A stretch of 62,997 nucleotides of DNA, filler included, from Rhabdomonas costata (GCA_019059605.1; 45 parts of 45 records of this genome joined end to end with filler, not necessarily neighbours in it), one strand, 5' to 3'. Counted from the first letter of the whole stretch, positions 35,896 through 48,876 are shown. Translations and numbers: made by a program. The notes: generated by a model from the sequence alone, not told the origin.

Positions 35896-36360
35896 TTATA
35901 CCCCTTTCTCCACCTCCTCGTTCTCCTCCAACACAGTGGGCTCCGGAGCTCCACCCGCCTTGCCGCCGTCTATGGGAAACGGCCGCGGGATGAACTGCAT
36001 GTAGAACCGCGAGCCCTTCCAACACACACCGCACAGGCTGCACATGTAGTGGTTGACTCCCTGCAGCAGGAGTGAAAAACAGAACCCACGATGCTGAGCA
36101 CACAAAAAAACTGGATAGCGTGCAAAAACCCGAAAAAAAATGCACCACGAAATTGCCCGTACCAAAAAGCCCATCCACTGTATCCACCATAAAATAGCGA
36201 CCTTCTTTGCGCGGATCCTCCTCCAGCTGGAGAAGTGGAAGCACGGAAAGCATAGCGCCGGGGGCATCCCCGCCATCCCCGCAGTGACGCCGGCGTTGTT
36301 GTTGCTGCTGTCAACGACACAGGGGCCCGCCGGCCCCGCCCGGCACGGGGCGGCCACCAC
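35896..36360 (-). CDS. Small Cys/His putative zinc-ribbon protein, last two exons
   Basis: Removing the in-frame GT-AG intron 36201-36061 gives PCFHFSSWRRIRAKK|GVNHYMCSLCGVCWK, ending in TAA. Confidence 0.6.
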   Translation of the reverse strand: MVAAPCRAGPAGPCVVDSSNNNAGVTAGMAGMPPALCFPCFHFSSWRRIRAKKVAILWWIQWMGFLVRAISWCIFFRVFARYPVFLCAQHRGFCFSLLLQGVNHYMCSLCGVCWKGSRFYMQFIPRPFPIDGGKAGGAPEPTVLEENEEVEKGV

Positions 36361-36726
36361 ACCCNNNNNNNNNNNNNNNNNNNNNNNNNNNNNNNNNNNN
36401 NNNNNNNNTTAATTAATTAANNNNNNNNNNNNNNNNNNNNNNNNNNNNNNNNNNNNNNNNNNNNTACGGCAGCAAATAGAGACCTGGGAGAGAGAGGGAG
36501 ACTGGTACCACAAGGGGAGCTAAGAGCGGGAGAGGTGGCAAGGTGATGTCGGGGTGAAGAGGCGTATGAACAATGCATTTTGCGTGAGTGTCAAGCATCA
36601 GAGGGAAAAGATGGCTGGCAAATGGGGAGTGAAAGATGTACAGACAAGCAACCCAAGATGCACGACGGAGGACGCGGAGAGCGGGGGAATGGTATAGGGG
36701 ATGAAGGGAGAGCGGGTTTACGGCAC

Positions 36727-37455
36727 CCCAACGACGAGGCCGTACACGGCGGGGTACATTGTGGCCGGGGTGGTGCCGAACTTCCGAGTTCTCCACTGCA
36801 GTCCCGCCTGCAGTGCCGCGTTGAACCCCGCGCCGACCAACCCGAGCAGCACCCCCATCGCGCAGAACACCAGCAGCTCAGCAATGAAATCCTGAGGATA
36901 GACGACCGGAACAGCACTCCTCACTACATAACGCATAAGTGAGGTTTACAAACAACCCCCAAACACGCGTCTGTCTTTATCACCTGTCAGTTGAAATGGA
37001 GCATTGCAAAAATTGGTTGATAAATGCACTTGATCATGTGAAAGCAATACTGAAAAAGCATCGTTGTAGGATGATGCTCTCTCGCGGTAGGCAACTTGAC
37101 ATCGTTGCTGTCAATGAGGTATGAGACTTGACGAAAGGGTGTGGTATTCACCAAGAAGTGCGGGTATCACCCGCTCGCATTGTTCTTGTGTAGAGTGGGT
37201 ACAACTAGACTTCGGCGTATTCATTTGTCGTGCTCGGGCACAAAGTTGTGAATCACCAATCCACCCTTTGCGAACGTTAACAGAGGAACAGGTGAGGACA
37301 GGTGCCTTTCTGCCAAACGCGTCCAGGGCAAAGTTGGTGGAGAAGAGCCCCACCCACAGCGGCCGCGGGGGGTCTTCCCCGCTGCCCGAGAAGAGCTCCG
37401 GAGAGGCCCGAAGCAGGTGCAGAACCAGCGCTATAACGGTGGCCGTGAAGATCCC
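36727..37455 (-). CDS. CLC chloride channel/transporter, two exons
   Basis: Exons 37455-37306 (GIFTATVIALV...LFSTNF...F) and 36891-36727 (ELLVFCAMGVLLGLVGAGFN...YPAV) fit CLC helices I-K. Confidence 0.8.
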
Positions 37456-37867
37456 CTTTTTTGTCGACGTCAAACAACGAACAACAATTACATAAGAGGA
37501 TATGGGGCTCACTTGAACAGGAGGGCGGCAGACCAGAAGACCAGAGTGGGCAAAGCCCGAAGTTGGATCGAGCGACGGTGCACCGCACGCACAAAAGTGA
37601 CTGCAGAAGGAAACGTCAGTGAAATCAAACAACAACAATGCACTAAGTGGAGCAAGAAAGAAAGAGGCAAGGGTTTGTCATCGGGAAAACAACGCTTTAT
37701 AGCAGAATTACCAGCAAAATTGTCCTGTGCTTGTCAGGACGAGTTTCGCAAACCACGACACCAAACCNNNNNNNNNNNNNNNNNNNNNNNNNNNNNNNNN
37801 NNNNNNNNNNNTTAATTAATTAANNNNNNNNNNNNNNNNNNNNNNNNNNNNNNNNNNNNNNNNNNNN

Positions 37868-38763
37868 CCGTCGAAAAGGAGAACAAATTGATTTGGGACT
37901 TGAAGGAGAAGCTAAAGGAGAACGTTTCCACGGCGGAGATGAAGGCCTGCCTGGAAGGCGCTGGGCAGCCCACCTCTGGCCCGGTTTGCTGTTTGCCGTC
38001 GTGTTGCCCGTGAGGAAATCAGGAGCACTGGGTTACGGGAATGATGGTGAAAAGAACTCCAGTGGATACATCTCAGATGTTGGTAATTTCGGGTTCAGGA
38101 TAGGGGGGGGCGTCTAAGACACTGGCCCTAGAATTACTGCCAACCTTTTCAACGGGTTCAAGGACCAGCACGCAGCCGTTTCCTGGGCTTCGGCTTAAGC
38201 CCCAAAAGCGGGTTGCATGGTTACAGTACGGGTTCTATGACTTCAGGTTTTTGGAGGCCCGGAGAAGATCCTTGACCGCCTGGCAGACGCCATGCTCTTC
38301 GGGTGGCTGCCCAAATGCAGTCAGTGCAAGAACGGTGACCTGATCATCTGCAGGGGAAGATACAAGTGCACTGGGCATATCTCAGGTTTGCCCACCTGAA
38401 TTCCAATGACAGCTGTTTCAGCGAGCCGATTTCCCACATTTTCGATCTCAGTTTGTTGGTGATTTCATTTCGTTTTGCTCGGAGAAAAGGACACCTGGGT
38501 GACTGCCGGAGCAGATCCTCTGAATCCTAATATGAGTGAGGCCTAACTAAGATGAAAACCATGAGAGCAAATTACTATGCTGGTCTGTCCGCACATTGTT
38601 GCGTGCTTTGTGACCCATTTGTAGGTTGTGGTGCCTTCGTGCACTTTCAGAGTTTGCCCGGTGTGACTTCTCGTCTGACGACATAGCCCGACTCCCGTGG
38701 AGCCGCGGGAAAGGCTGCTCCAATGACTTCCTTAGCAACTTCAAGTTCAAGCCCAAAAAACGG
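37868..38763 (+). CDS. PARP1-like protein, PADR1 (third zinc-binding) domain exons
   Basis: Exons 37868-37983 (ENKLIWDLKEKL), 38247-38385 (ILDRLADAMLFG.LPKCSQC..G.L....YKCTGHIS), 38651-38763 (EFARCDF). Confidence 0.9.
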
Positions 38764-40953
38764 GTGTGTAAGGGGGAGGCCAAGCATCTTTTTGCCACTG
38801 TTGTGACGATCTTGCTCTTGGTACGCCAGGGTGCAGTTGCAAGCCTGTTGCATCCCGATGCATTTCATACTTCCCCCGCCCCCACCACTGGCTGCTTCGG
38901 TTCGTTGCGAGAATAGTGGAGAAGTCAGAGCGAGGGAAGCAGAGGAATCAGAAGGAAGGCAAGGCGCACACGACCCCTCCCACTATACAGACGATGGTGG
39001 CGATCTCTGGGGAAGCCGCGGAGCCCACCTCCGCCACACCCACAGACCCTGGCACTTCCTCCAGCTCGTCCAGCTTGGGCTTGCCTGCTCCAGCAGCCAA
39101 GGAGGATCCCTTTCAGGTGCTCCGTCCAGCTGCGCAAATAGCGCCGTGGCTTGTCCTTGCCCCACCACACNNNNNNNNNNNNNNNNNNNNNNNNNNNNNN
39201 NNNNNNNNNNNNNNTTAATTAATTAANNNNNNNNNNNNNNNNNNNNNNNNNNNNNNNNNNNNNNNNNNNNGGGGGGGTTTGGAAGAGAGGAGCGCACCCC
39301 CGGTACTTGAAGGTACTTGAAGGGGGGGAGACCACCCCAATCAAATTACAAAGAGCACACCCAAACCCTGTTCTGAATGTGTGAGGTGGAGCGTGTTAGG
39401 GATTGCATTCGGGGCAACAGGTGGGGAGCCTTCCGCGAGAAAGTTTCTGCACCTGATTTGCGAGGCATGAGGCATGTGGGTACAAATCCTTTGCAAAAAC
39501 CTCGGGCGGCAAGCCCTGACGCTTTTGTGAGGTCAGTCCACTTGTCTGGAACCACAGTGTCTTCGAAGTATAAGAGTTGCTCACAAACTTCCAATTGCGC
39601 TTGGAACCCTGGAATCGTACAAGAGCCTTCGTTGATACACCCTGCAGCTTACAGTAATTTGGTTCTGGTTTTGGGCTCTGAACAAAACGCTTCATTTTCA
39701 TTTTCACCGCGGATGCGCGCTGTGCCCCGCAGAATGCCCCGTGATTCCAGCCCATTCTCTCCTATTCTCACCTGTGTTTTCTCGGCTATGTTTCGACTTA
39801 CTACGACGTAGGCGTGTGTGGGTGTGCATGTTTGGTCAGCCCACTTTTGCAGAATTTGTGCAGACTTCTTGCTTTGTCAGGAAGGCGATGCCATCACCAT
39901 CGCCACAAATGGTTCACCTTACGGCTTGTCCTCCAGTCAATCGATGCTTCTGCCTATGCCACGTACACGGCACAGCCTCCTGCACAGCCTCCCAAGACGG
40001 TCGTTAGAAGGGAAATAACTGGCGCAGGTGAAGAAAAATTATGAGAAAAATCTGGGAGAATGGCACATCCACACACCCCAAAACGAGAACACGCGAAGAA
40101 GCAGTGGGACTGGGTTGCACCCGCCGCGTCTGCTACGCCAAAGCAAAACGCAGCGGCAACAAGGGCAAATGTTGCTTGCGAGACTGAGGCAGAGGGCGCT
40201 TGGGTGGGAGAGGGGGGCAGGGGAGTCACTGTGGCATAGTGTAACTTTGCGCTCTGGCGTTGTCCAGACGACCACAGCACAAAACGAGAAAGAAAGAAGA
40301 AAAGAAAAAACAAACCGTCCCGTCTCCTTTGAGCAGCTCCAAGAAACGTCACACATACCGAATGGCGCAAACACGCAGAGCCACGCATATACGTATGCAC
40401 ATGATTTCAAGATGGCATGAGTTCATTCCGCAGGCTTTTTTTTTTGCAACCTGCACGCGCTCACACTCACAGACGCACACACAGACACACAAATGGGTAA
40501 CAGGCCGATAGGCAATCGTTCGCTGCATTCCCCTCAGCCCACTTCAGGACTCAGGGACAGGAACCACAAAAANNNNNNNNNNNNNNNNNNNNNNNNNNNN
40601 NNNNNNNNNNNNNNNNTTAATTAATTAANNNNNNNNNNNNNNNNNNNNNNNNNNNNNNNNNNNNNNNNNNNNTTTTTGCGGTTGCGGTTGCGGCTTTCGA
40701 AAAGAACACGAAAGGCGCCAGTAGTGGGCGCCAAGGTTTCTGCATGAAACAATTCGCGTCCTATCGTTTACGTCTGCTGTTCTCCTCGTATTCATATCTG
40801 TCTGCACATACAGTATGGTTTGGTGGCGGCCTTTTTCCTCCTTGACGACGGCTTTTGTTGCGCCAGAGCAAGAAGATTTGTTCTGCGATGCGTTGGCAAG
40901 TCTAAATACTCACCTTTGCTCAAGCATATTGTACACGGACTTTTTTGTGGCAG

Positions 40954-41976
40954 GCCTTTTCTAACGGTTGCCAGCGCGATCGTTTTCTTCCATAAGTTTT
41001 ACCTGGAGTTCTCGTTCAAGGACTTCGCACCCGAGGTTGCCCCCGATCACTTTCTTTGCCTGGCACATCCCTCACCTGTGTGGATTGTCTTTGACTGTTA
41101 CATGATCTGCATGAAAGATTTTTATTTGTTTTTATGCATAGTACGTTTCTGCTTGCTCTTGTACTTGCGTCGATTCGTGTGAAATCATTGGGACAAAGGT
41201 TACTTCCTAGATCTGAATGAAAAATAGAATCCTCAGCTGTTTAGGATGGAAAGAAATACCCAGCGCGTGAACTCGTGCGCTGAGGAGAGGAACGTATCCC
41301 CAGGTCATGTCAGCATCCAAGTGGAAATTTGAACAAAGGCATTTAGAATAGTGTCCCCTCGGATGTGGTTTGTCAATAAAAGAGTATCATCCCCATACCG
41401 ACTTCCTCCGCGAAAAGGTTGTTGCTGCGGCCTGCCTATTCCTGGCGGGAAAGGCAGAGAGCACAAACCGCCGGCTTAAAGACATCATTTACGGCTGCTT
41501 CAAGATCGACGAGCGCAGCGAGGTGTGCGTTTCTCTTCGATTTCTTTCCCTTCAGCAAATTGATATTTGTCTTATATTTTTTTTTGTTCCGACTCAACTT
41601 TTTTCAGCGGGTTTCGGAACTTTGCCTGCAATAACCGTTTGCTTGGCTCCCGTGAAAGCTTTTGCCTGCACTGCCGCACCCAACAATCTGCGCTATATAC
41701 AATACCACAGTGCGCATGGCTTTGAATTTGCTTCTACTCGTAGGGCCTCGTCGCCCCATTTTCATCCCTGTCACTGTACCCTGCCCTTACTGTGTCCTCA
41801 ATTGTGTCATCTTTCTCTCTCTCCTTACTTTAATTCGAATACTGATGCAGAGACGTCATCATTGTCTGTGAGCAGTGCGGCGGGGTGTTTGGAAGGGTGT
41901 TGCGTTGTTGTTGTGCGCAGAACTTCACCAAACTTCGCGACCTGATCTGTGAGGCGGAGCTTGAGCTAGTTCACGN
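40954..41976 (+). CDS. Transcriptional cyclin (T/K/L family), three exons
   Basis: Exons 40954-41035 (TVASAIVFFHKFY), 41418-41522 (VAAACLFLAGKAE...RLKDII), 41921-41976 (LRDLICEAELEL). Confidence 0.92.
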
Positions 41977-42162
41977 NNNNNNNNNNNNNNNNNNNNNNNN
42001 NNNNNNNNNNNNNNNNNNNTTAATTAATTAANNNNNNNNNNNNNNNNNNNNNNNNNNNNNNNNNNNNNNNNNNNNGGTTGGGTGGGAATGCGGTAGACAT
42101 CACCCTCCCCCTCAACACACCTTGCCCATTCTGATCTTTCGCACATCCGCATTCCCACGCAG

Positions 42163-43261
42163 TCCTGGACCAGTCCGCAATGCCCCGGGTCGAGGACAAG
42201 CACTACTACCACCACCACCGCAAGAAAAGGCCCGCCCCCTCCACAGGGGCGGAGCCCTCTCAGGAGCCCAAGTTTTATGAGGTGAAACCCCTGCAGCTGA
42301 TCTGGGACAAGCTCCCGCAACACTACAGCCCCCGCAACACCCTCCACGTACGTTCCGCACGGGCTTTAGTGGTGTGGTGTTTAAGTTGGGGTGATAAGAG
42401 CTCAGCTCGGACCGTGAATTGCAGTCGGGGCGTAACACCGTCTTTGCTTCCTTTAGGTGGATGATCTCAGCCGCAATTTTGTAATGAACCAACGCAACGG
42501 GCTGAAGATCTCCGCGTACCGCAATGCCAACCAGACCCACCGGACGGATCGGTAGCCTCTTTCTTTCTGCCTTTGGATCACGCCTTCGCCGAAAAGTCGT
42601 CCCTGCCACGCTGCTGCATTCGCTGAGTGCTTGTGGACTGCTGGCCTGCGGGCATTCTTGGTTCGACGAAAAAGACAATTGTCGCCCTATATGGAGAACG
42701 CGAACATCGGCAAAAAAAGTTTACGAGAAACAGAATCGATGGGCTGCAGTGGTAGCTGCGGGCCTTCCGCCCAGAGTATACCTGATCTGGCATCCCCACA
42801 CGTGCACAATCCATTTCAATGTCAGCAACTGGTTGCGGTTCACCGTAACTTCACAACTGCAACTCAGCACGTGGCTGTGTGTGGACCTTAACGTTTGGAA
42901 TGTTATCTTTAATTTCATGATACATATGAATGAATGCAAATGAACTCACCGCCTTGGTGCTTCGATGCAAAACTGACAATGAGAATGACGGAAACCTTCT
43001 GCGCTCGCGGAGCAAACAGACGTCCAACATTTTGCTTTCCTCATTTCCCCTCCCCTCCCCGTGAGATTCAGCGTATCAGCCAACAACATTTTTATCGAGT
43101 AAGAAGAAAACGGCGTACTAAATTGTAAGTTTCCGCTCCAAACTAAAGGGATCAGTGCATGGGGAGTGGCGGGGATGTGGTGCGGCAGGGAGCTGCTGTT
43201 CCTGGGGTATTACCTCACGCTGATCCGGGAGTGTCAGGATTTCACCACACTGGACCACTCG
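42163..43261 (+). CDS. UBLCP1: Ubiquitin-like domain-containing CTD phosphatase (HAD family), three exons
   Basis: Exons 42163-42347 (VKPLQLIWDK...YSPRNTLH), 42457-42551 (VDDLSRNFVMN..NGLKI), 43189-43261 (ELLFLGYYL...DFTTLDH). Confidence 0.88.
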
Positions 43262-43478
43262 GTGGGTGCACCTGTGATGGGGATGGGTGGTTTGGGTAGG
43301 GCATCAACTGTTTGTTTCTCGGGTCCCTTCCCTCAAATGCATCTGTTGCTTTTCCATGCTGCAATGTGACCCACACCCNNNNNNNNNNNNNNNNNNNNNN
43401 NNNNNNNNNNNNNNNNNNNNNNTTAATTAATTAANNNNNNNNNNNNNNNNNNNNNNNNNNNNNNNNNNNNNNNNNNNN

Positions 43479-44683
43479 GGTTTTTTTTCCATTTTACAAT
43501 TTTCATTTTTATATTTTTCTATTTCAATATCTTTATTATTATTTATTCTCAATGTTTCTAATTTTTCATTTTTGTTTAATTTTTCTATTTCAATGTCCTT
43601 ATTTATTCTCAATGTTTCTAATTTTTCATTTTTGTTTAATTTTTCTAATTCAATTTCTTTATCATTATTCATTTTTAATGTTTCAAGTTCTATATTGTTT
43701 GTTATTCTATTTTCTAATTCTTTAATTCTATTGTCTTTTGTTACTATTGATTGTAACGGCATATTATCAACTAAATATTTTAAATATTCTATTACTTGAT
43801 CGATGTCAAAATTTTTATTTACATTTAGTATTTCGGTTTGTTTCTTATTTTTTATTTCGATTGTCGTTAATATTTTTTTAACATTCATTTCCTTCTTAAA
43901 TATCTCTTCAACTTTACTATTATTGTCACATTCAATAACAAAAATTATTTCAAAATTTTCAAACATTAATTTATGTTCTTTATAATCGCGTCTATAAATA
44001 TCATTTGATATACCAAATTTATAATACAATTCACCATTATAAAAAAAGCAACTAATGTAAAATACATTTTTTTTATGAAATGTGTACAACATATTCTCAT
44101 CATAAAACGATTTTGTTTTTGGTTTACTAGATGATGATGGTTGAGGTATAATTTGTGTTTGTTGTGATTGATAGGATCCTGTTCTAAATACTTTATCTAT
44201 AATATTGTATACCCAATTACGTAATGTTTGAGCTTCACTTTTTTTACTTTTAACTGCTAATTCAATTACACCCAAGTGATTTATATATTTTGTTGTACCT
44301 TCGTTTCCTTTTACTTTTATATTTTTTGATAGTAGAATTCCGCTACGATCAAAATTCGACAAAATATTTTCTAATATTTTGATGTTGTCAACATATACAT
44401 GATTAGATATTGCCTCTCTCGTGTTCTCATAACCTAAAAATTCTGCTATATTTTTACCTTTGAACCATATTATATTACTATCTAAATCAATAATATGACT
44501 AAATGTTACATTTAAAAATGTAAACAAAGTTGTTTGTATATATCGTAATTCGTCTATCCTCGTTTTGTATTCATTTATTTTTGTTTCATCATATAATATT
44601 AAATTATCAAGATGATTAAGATGATTAAGATCATTTTCAATTTTAATGTTATCATAAGGAATTGGTTGTTCACTTATATTTTC
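43479..44683 (-). CDS. Bro-N domain protein with T5orf172/GIY-YIG-like domain and coiled-coil repeats; AT-rich, virus-like; both ends truncated
   Basis: WFKGKNIAEFLGYENTREAISNHV...YINHLGVIELAVKSKKSEAQTLRNWV...FRTGSY (Bro-N), then FYI...YKFGIS....R..EH...F...FVIECDNN..VE..FK...TE. Intronless; the frame stays open up to the fold-back junction near 44683. Confidence 0.85.
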
Positions 44684-45171
44684 TTATGATAACATTAAAA
44701 TTGAAAATGATCTTAATCATCTTAATCATCTTGATAATTTAATATTATATGATGAAACAAAAATAAATGAATACACAACAAANNNNNNNNNNNNNNNNNN
44801 NNNNNNNNNNNNNNNNNNNNNNNNNNTTAATTAATTAANNNNNNNNNNNNNNNNNNNNNNNNNNNNNNNNNNNNNNNNNNNNTTTGGTGTTGTTGGGTTT
44901 GTTCATCTCTGTGTTCTCAGAATTGCTGTGTTTAACAAACTCGAACTACATTTCTTTCAGTGTAATATTCCTGCATGCGATGATGTTGCTCTGCTTTTTC
45001 TTGGGTGGTGAGAAAGCCATTTGAGAAAAAGGAAACCTGTTTATCAAAATATGGGACAAGTATGTTAGGAAAAAGCCGAACGAACCATTAGCGGCAAGCT
45101 TGCGCCTATTCAAGCCCGACCTTGACCTTGACGAGAGAAGTGTAAGGTGGAGGGAGGGAGAGCTCGCGTAC

Positions 45172-45558
45172 GGAGTCATTGATGGCCTGCTCCACGCGGC
45201 ACCGCATCTGCTCAAACCGCGCCCGCTCCTCTTCCAGGGCGAGCCGGTCCTTCACCAGACCCTGCGCGCCATCGCCACAAAAAAAGGAACCGAAAACATG
45301 GGAGATGACGATAGATGCCTAGTTAAGAGAACGGGGGGTTCTATCACGAGGGCAGAAACGGCACGGGAGATGGATGACCAACGATGTGCACATGTGTATA
45401 CGTACATACGCAGGTGTTGGCGAAAATCACGGTAACCACTAATAACATGATAACAGTTGCTTGTAACGACAGACCTGCCGCTCGTCTTCGATGTCCTGCA
45501 ACATCTTTCGCCGCTCGGTCTCCAGGATGGCCCGCTCTGCCTTGAGCTTGCGGACCAG
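45172..45558 (-). CDS. Coiled-coil protein, two exons
   Basis: Exons 45558-45475 (LVRKLKAERAILETERRKMLQDIEDERQ) and 45261-45172 (GLVKDRLALEEERARFEQ...); phase 0, GT-AG. Confidence 0.6.
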
Positions 45559-46745
45559 CTGTGAGTCCCCCCCCCCCGGGTGGAATGAGCATGCGCACAC
45601 GCCTGAAAGCAACATGCACCACCTGAACTGCTCCCCCAAAACAGGTTCCTGGGGTCTTTCGAAAGGAAAGAGGGGGGGGATTTCTTATTTCTGCACGCAA
45701 CGAAGAAAGGATCCAAAGATTTGTGATTTGTGTGTCTTTGGGGGACTGGGGGACGGAATAAGTAAACGCTACCCCAACAGTCTCAATGATGATACTTCAA
45801 CGTCCGTTCGTGTGAGTCATTGGAGAGCGGATAGGGGGAAGGGGAGGCGAAGGATGAGGGAGGTTTGTGTGTATGGGGCTTGCCAAAATGCCTTTTTGCT
45901 TTTTTTTTTGCAGTGCCATGCGTTTACCGCCCCTCACCCTCCAGCGCAATAGCAGGCCGATACAGAAATGGGCATCAGCATGTAAAAACCTGGTCAAACC
46001 CGGCGGTCAGCTGGGAGATCTCCCCATCCACACTGAACACGGCCGCAGAGGAGGACGAGGGTCCGGAGGCATCCATTACGCCCCGCCCCGTTCCGCCCAG
46101 ACCTCAACCCCGAACCCCCTAGACCACTCCAACGGACAGCAGGGCGACCCCCAATACTGCAGAAACAAAACCCCNNNNNNNNNNNNNNNNNNNNNNNNNN
46201 NNNNNNNNNNNNNNNNNNTTAATTAATTAANNNNNNNNNNNNNNNNNNNNNNNNNNNNNNNNNNNNNNNNNNNNGTGTTGGGTGTGGTTGGTTGGGTGGT
46301 TAGGGGGGGCCTCCTTAACTTAACAAGCGACGAGCGAGGGTGATGATGTGGGAACGAATTTCAGGGGAGGACTGTGCCTGATAATCAAAAAGATCCCTTG
46401 GGCAAGGAGGGCCAGAGAGTTACCCAATTATTTGCCCCCCCCCCTTTTTTTTACCGCGGAGAGAATTTTTTATATTTTGAGCTATATTGTTATATCTTGA
46501 GAAGGTTTCCTCAGTGAACCACAGGAAAAAGAGCGGCAGTACCCTGCGCAGTTGTTTTTATTCGGCTCCTTTTTGAGGTGCGGTTAACTCTGAAAAACAG
46601 CAAAAGCCCTCATGCGCACCATTCGACACGCAATACTTCACCGCTGGCTATATTCCATTACGTGGCATGCCCACGACCTGTGGGGTATTCTTCCCACACC
46701 ACGGCCACCAGTGGAGAGAAGCCCTGCGTGCACGGACATCTGCAG

Positions 46746-47480
46746 GTTGACTTTGGGATTATGGTCGCTGGGCAGCCCTCGGAGCGCAGGTTCACCCTGC
46801 ACAACACCAGCAGCGTGCCGCTGCCCTTCTCCATCCTCTCTCCCAATGACGAGGTGCCCTTTTTTTGTGGGAGTTGGGAGCCAGAGGGGTGGCGTTGGGG
46901 GGGTTGGGGTTGACCACAGCCTCTTTCCTTGAAGGCGTTGGTGTGAGATGTTGAAAGGTTTTTAATTAGGTACAAGACAGCACTATGCGTCCAGGAAGCA
47001 CACTCGCACTGCTATCAGATGCGTATGTAATCTGAGAGTCCCGGGCAGAAGAAGATCTAAGAGAGGCACCCAGCCACCGGGAATGAGCAGAATCCCGATG
47101 GCAAGTGGAAAGGGCCTGAGGAGGAGAATGCCAGCGAACAATAAGAAGAAAAATGAGCCAGCCGTGAAGGCCATCCGCGCCATCCTGGGGTAAGCCATCT
47201 TTACCTGACCCGGAGAGAGAGAACACGAAAAAGGTGTGAAACCCGATGGCAAGTAGCCCTTTGAGTCCTCCTGAAAAATCACCCTGGCCAAATGCACCAT
47301 GTGTGTGGTGGCCTCTACAGTAGCTCTTCGGAAGGTGGTGTTATGTCCATCTAACAGCCCTGTTCTTGCACTTGCATTTGCATTTTGCGATTCCTTCTCT
47401 GCAGGACTTGATGGGCAGCCAGACTCGGCTGCTTCGCGAGAACTCCACCCGTCCTGAATACGTCATCGAGCCAACCAGCG
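46746..47480 (+). CDS. ASH/HYDIN-like Ig-fold (probably flagellar) protein, two exons
   Basis: Exons 46746-46853 (VDFG......ERRFTLHNTSSVPLPFSI) and 47405-47480 (...EYVIEPTSG). Confidence 0.7.
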
Positions 47481-47733
47481 GTGCTCTTCATCCTCTTTCT
47501 TTCTTCCAAAGCCCGTATCCACATTATGAAATCCCGCCCCCCGCTTCATCTTTCCCGCTAAAAAACCAACCAACACNNNNNNNNNNNNNNNNNNNNNNNN
47601 NNNNNNNNNNNNNNNNNNNNTTAATTAATTAANNNNNNNNNNNNNNNNNNNNNNNNNNNNNNNNNNNNNNNNNNNNTTGTTTGTGTCTTCTCTGGTTCTG
47701 CAGGTGGCTGCTTCTACTCGACTCCTTTTTCAG

Positions 47734-48660
47734 GTGGTCCGACTTCAGCTCCTCGGTTTTCCACTTCAACTTCTCGGACAGCAGGTACTCCTTTCTCATT
47801 GCAGCAAACATCGGGGCGGTGATCATGCCATGGATGATCTTCTACCAGCAGTCCGCGGTCGTGGACAAGGGAATGAGGAGCAGTGAGATCAAATTCGCCC
47901 GCGTGGTTTGCTTGATTGAGCGTGCGAAGCGCGCGTGCAAACGTGGTACGAATATTTCCGCTTGTGGTTCATTACATGGGTGCAATGCACAGTTGTGTGC
48001 AACTCTGCTTCAAATAGTTAACATCCGTGCATTGGGGTTGCCTCAACCGTCCATCCATGTGGACGGAGCGGAGCGGGACCTGTGCGTAACTTGCAAAGGC
48101 AACATGAAAATTGAGTTGAGTTGCCGTGAAGTGCCTGTGCTCTCAAGTGGAGCCTTGGTAGGTTGGTGTTCGGTATCCTAGGGAGTGCTGGGGGAAACTG
48201 GCGCTCGAAGTGGATGGTTTGTATCCCCGCGATTTCGTGCGGGAAAACCTGAAATTATATGTCAAAACGCCGCGTAACTTTTCCAGAAAAACAACACAGC
48301 AATTTGGATAGCACTTTACAGTTTCCGCTTTTGCTCTAAATTCGAAGTTGTCATAACTGTTAAAGCTGAGGGTTTGGTCTCGCTTTTTTTATTTCCTTCC
48401 AAATACCTATCCTCCATTCACTGGATAAGAAGTAGAATGAGGCTGTCACTCACCCATGAAAGTCAGATTTCATATTCGGGCTGCCAAAGTCAGATTGCAT
48501 ATTTGGGTTTGTCACATCGTGGCAGCGGCCATACAACGGAAACACTCAAGCTCAAGCATCACTGCCTTTTGCGTTCAAAAAATCTACACAACAAGATCCC
48601 CCAGCCTCAAAAGCAAATTACGAAAAACCTTCACAGGAGACGCACGCACGCACGCACGCA

Positions 48661-48701
<41 letters not shown>

Positions 48702-48876
48702 GTTTTCTTCCCTCAGGATACCCTGATTGGGGCCTTTCTGACCCAGGCCATCATGTCTTCCGTCATCATCACTTCGGCGGGAACCATATGGATTCACATG
48801 GGTTCGAAATTCCCGAACCCCTCCCCACCGGAGCAGATTGGGGAGTTCGCTGCCGCCATTCGGGAACACATTTATG
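47734..48876 (+). CDS. NRAMP-related divalent metal transporter (prokaryote-like subtype), two exons
   Basis: Exons 47734-47905 (LIAANIGAVIMPWMIFYQQSAVVDKG....IKFARV) and 48717-48876 (DTLIGAFLTQAIMSSVIITSAGTI). Confidence 0.85.

Noticed and set aside
44566-44775. Terminal hairpin as a viral telomere or ITR, and AAAATTGA (44637-44644, minus) as a mimivirus early promoter
   Set aside because: The fold-back truncates an open frame and matches the other artefacts. The octamer lies inside the ORF and is likely by chance in AT-rich DNA.
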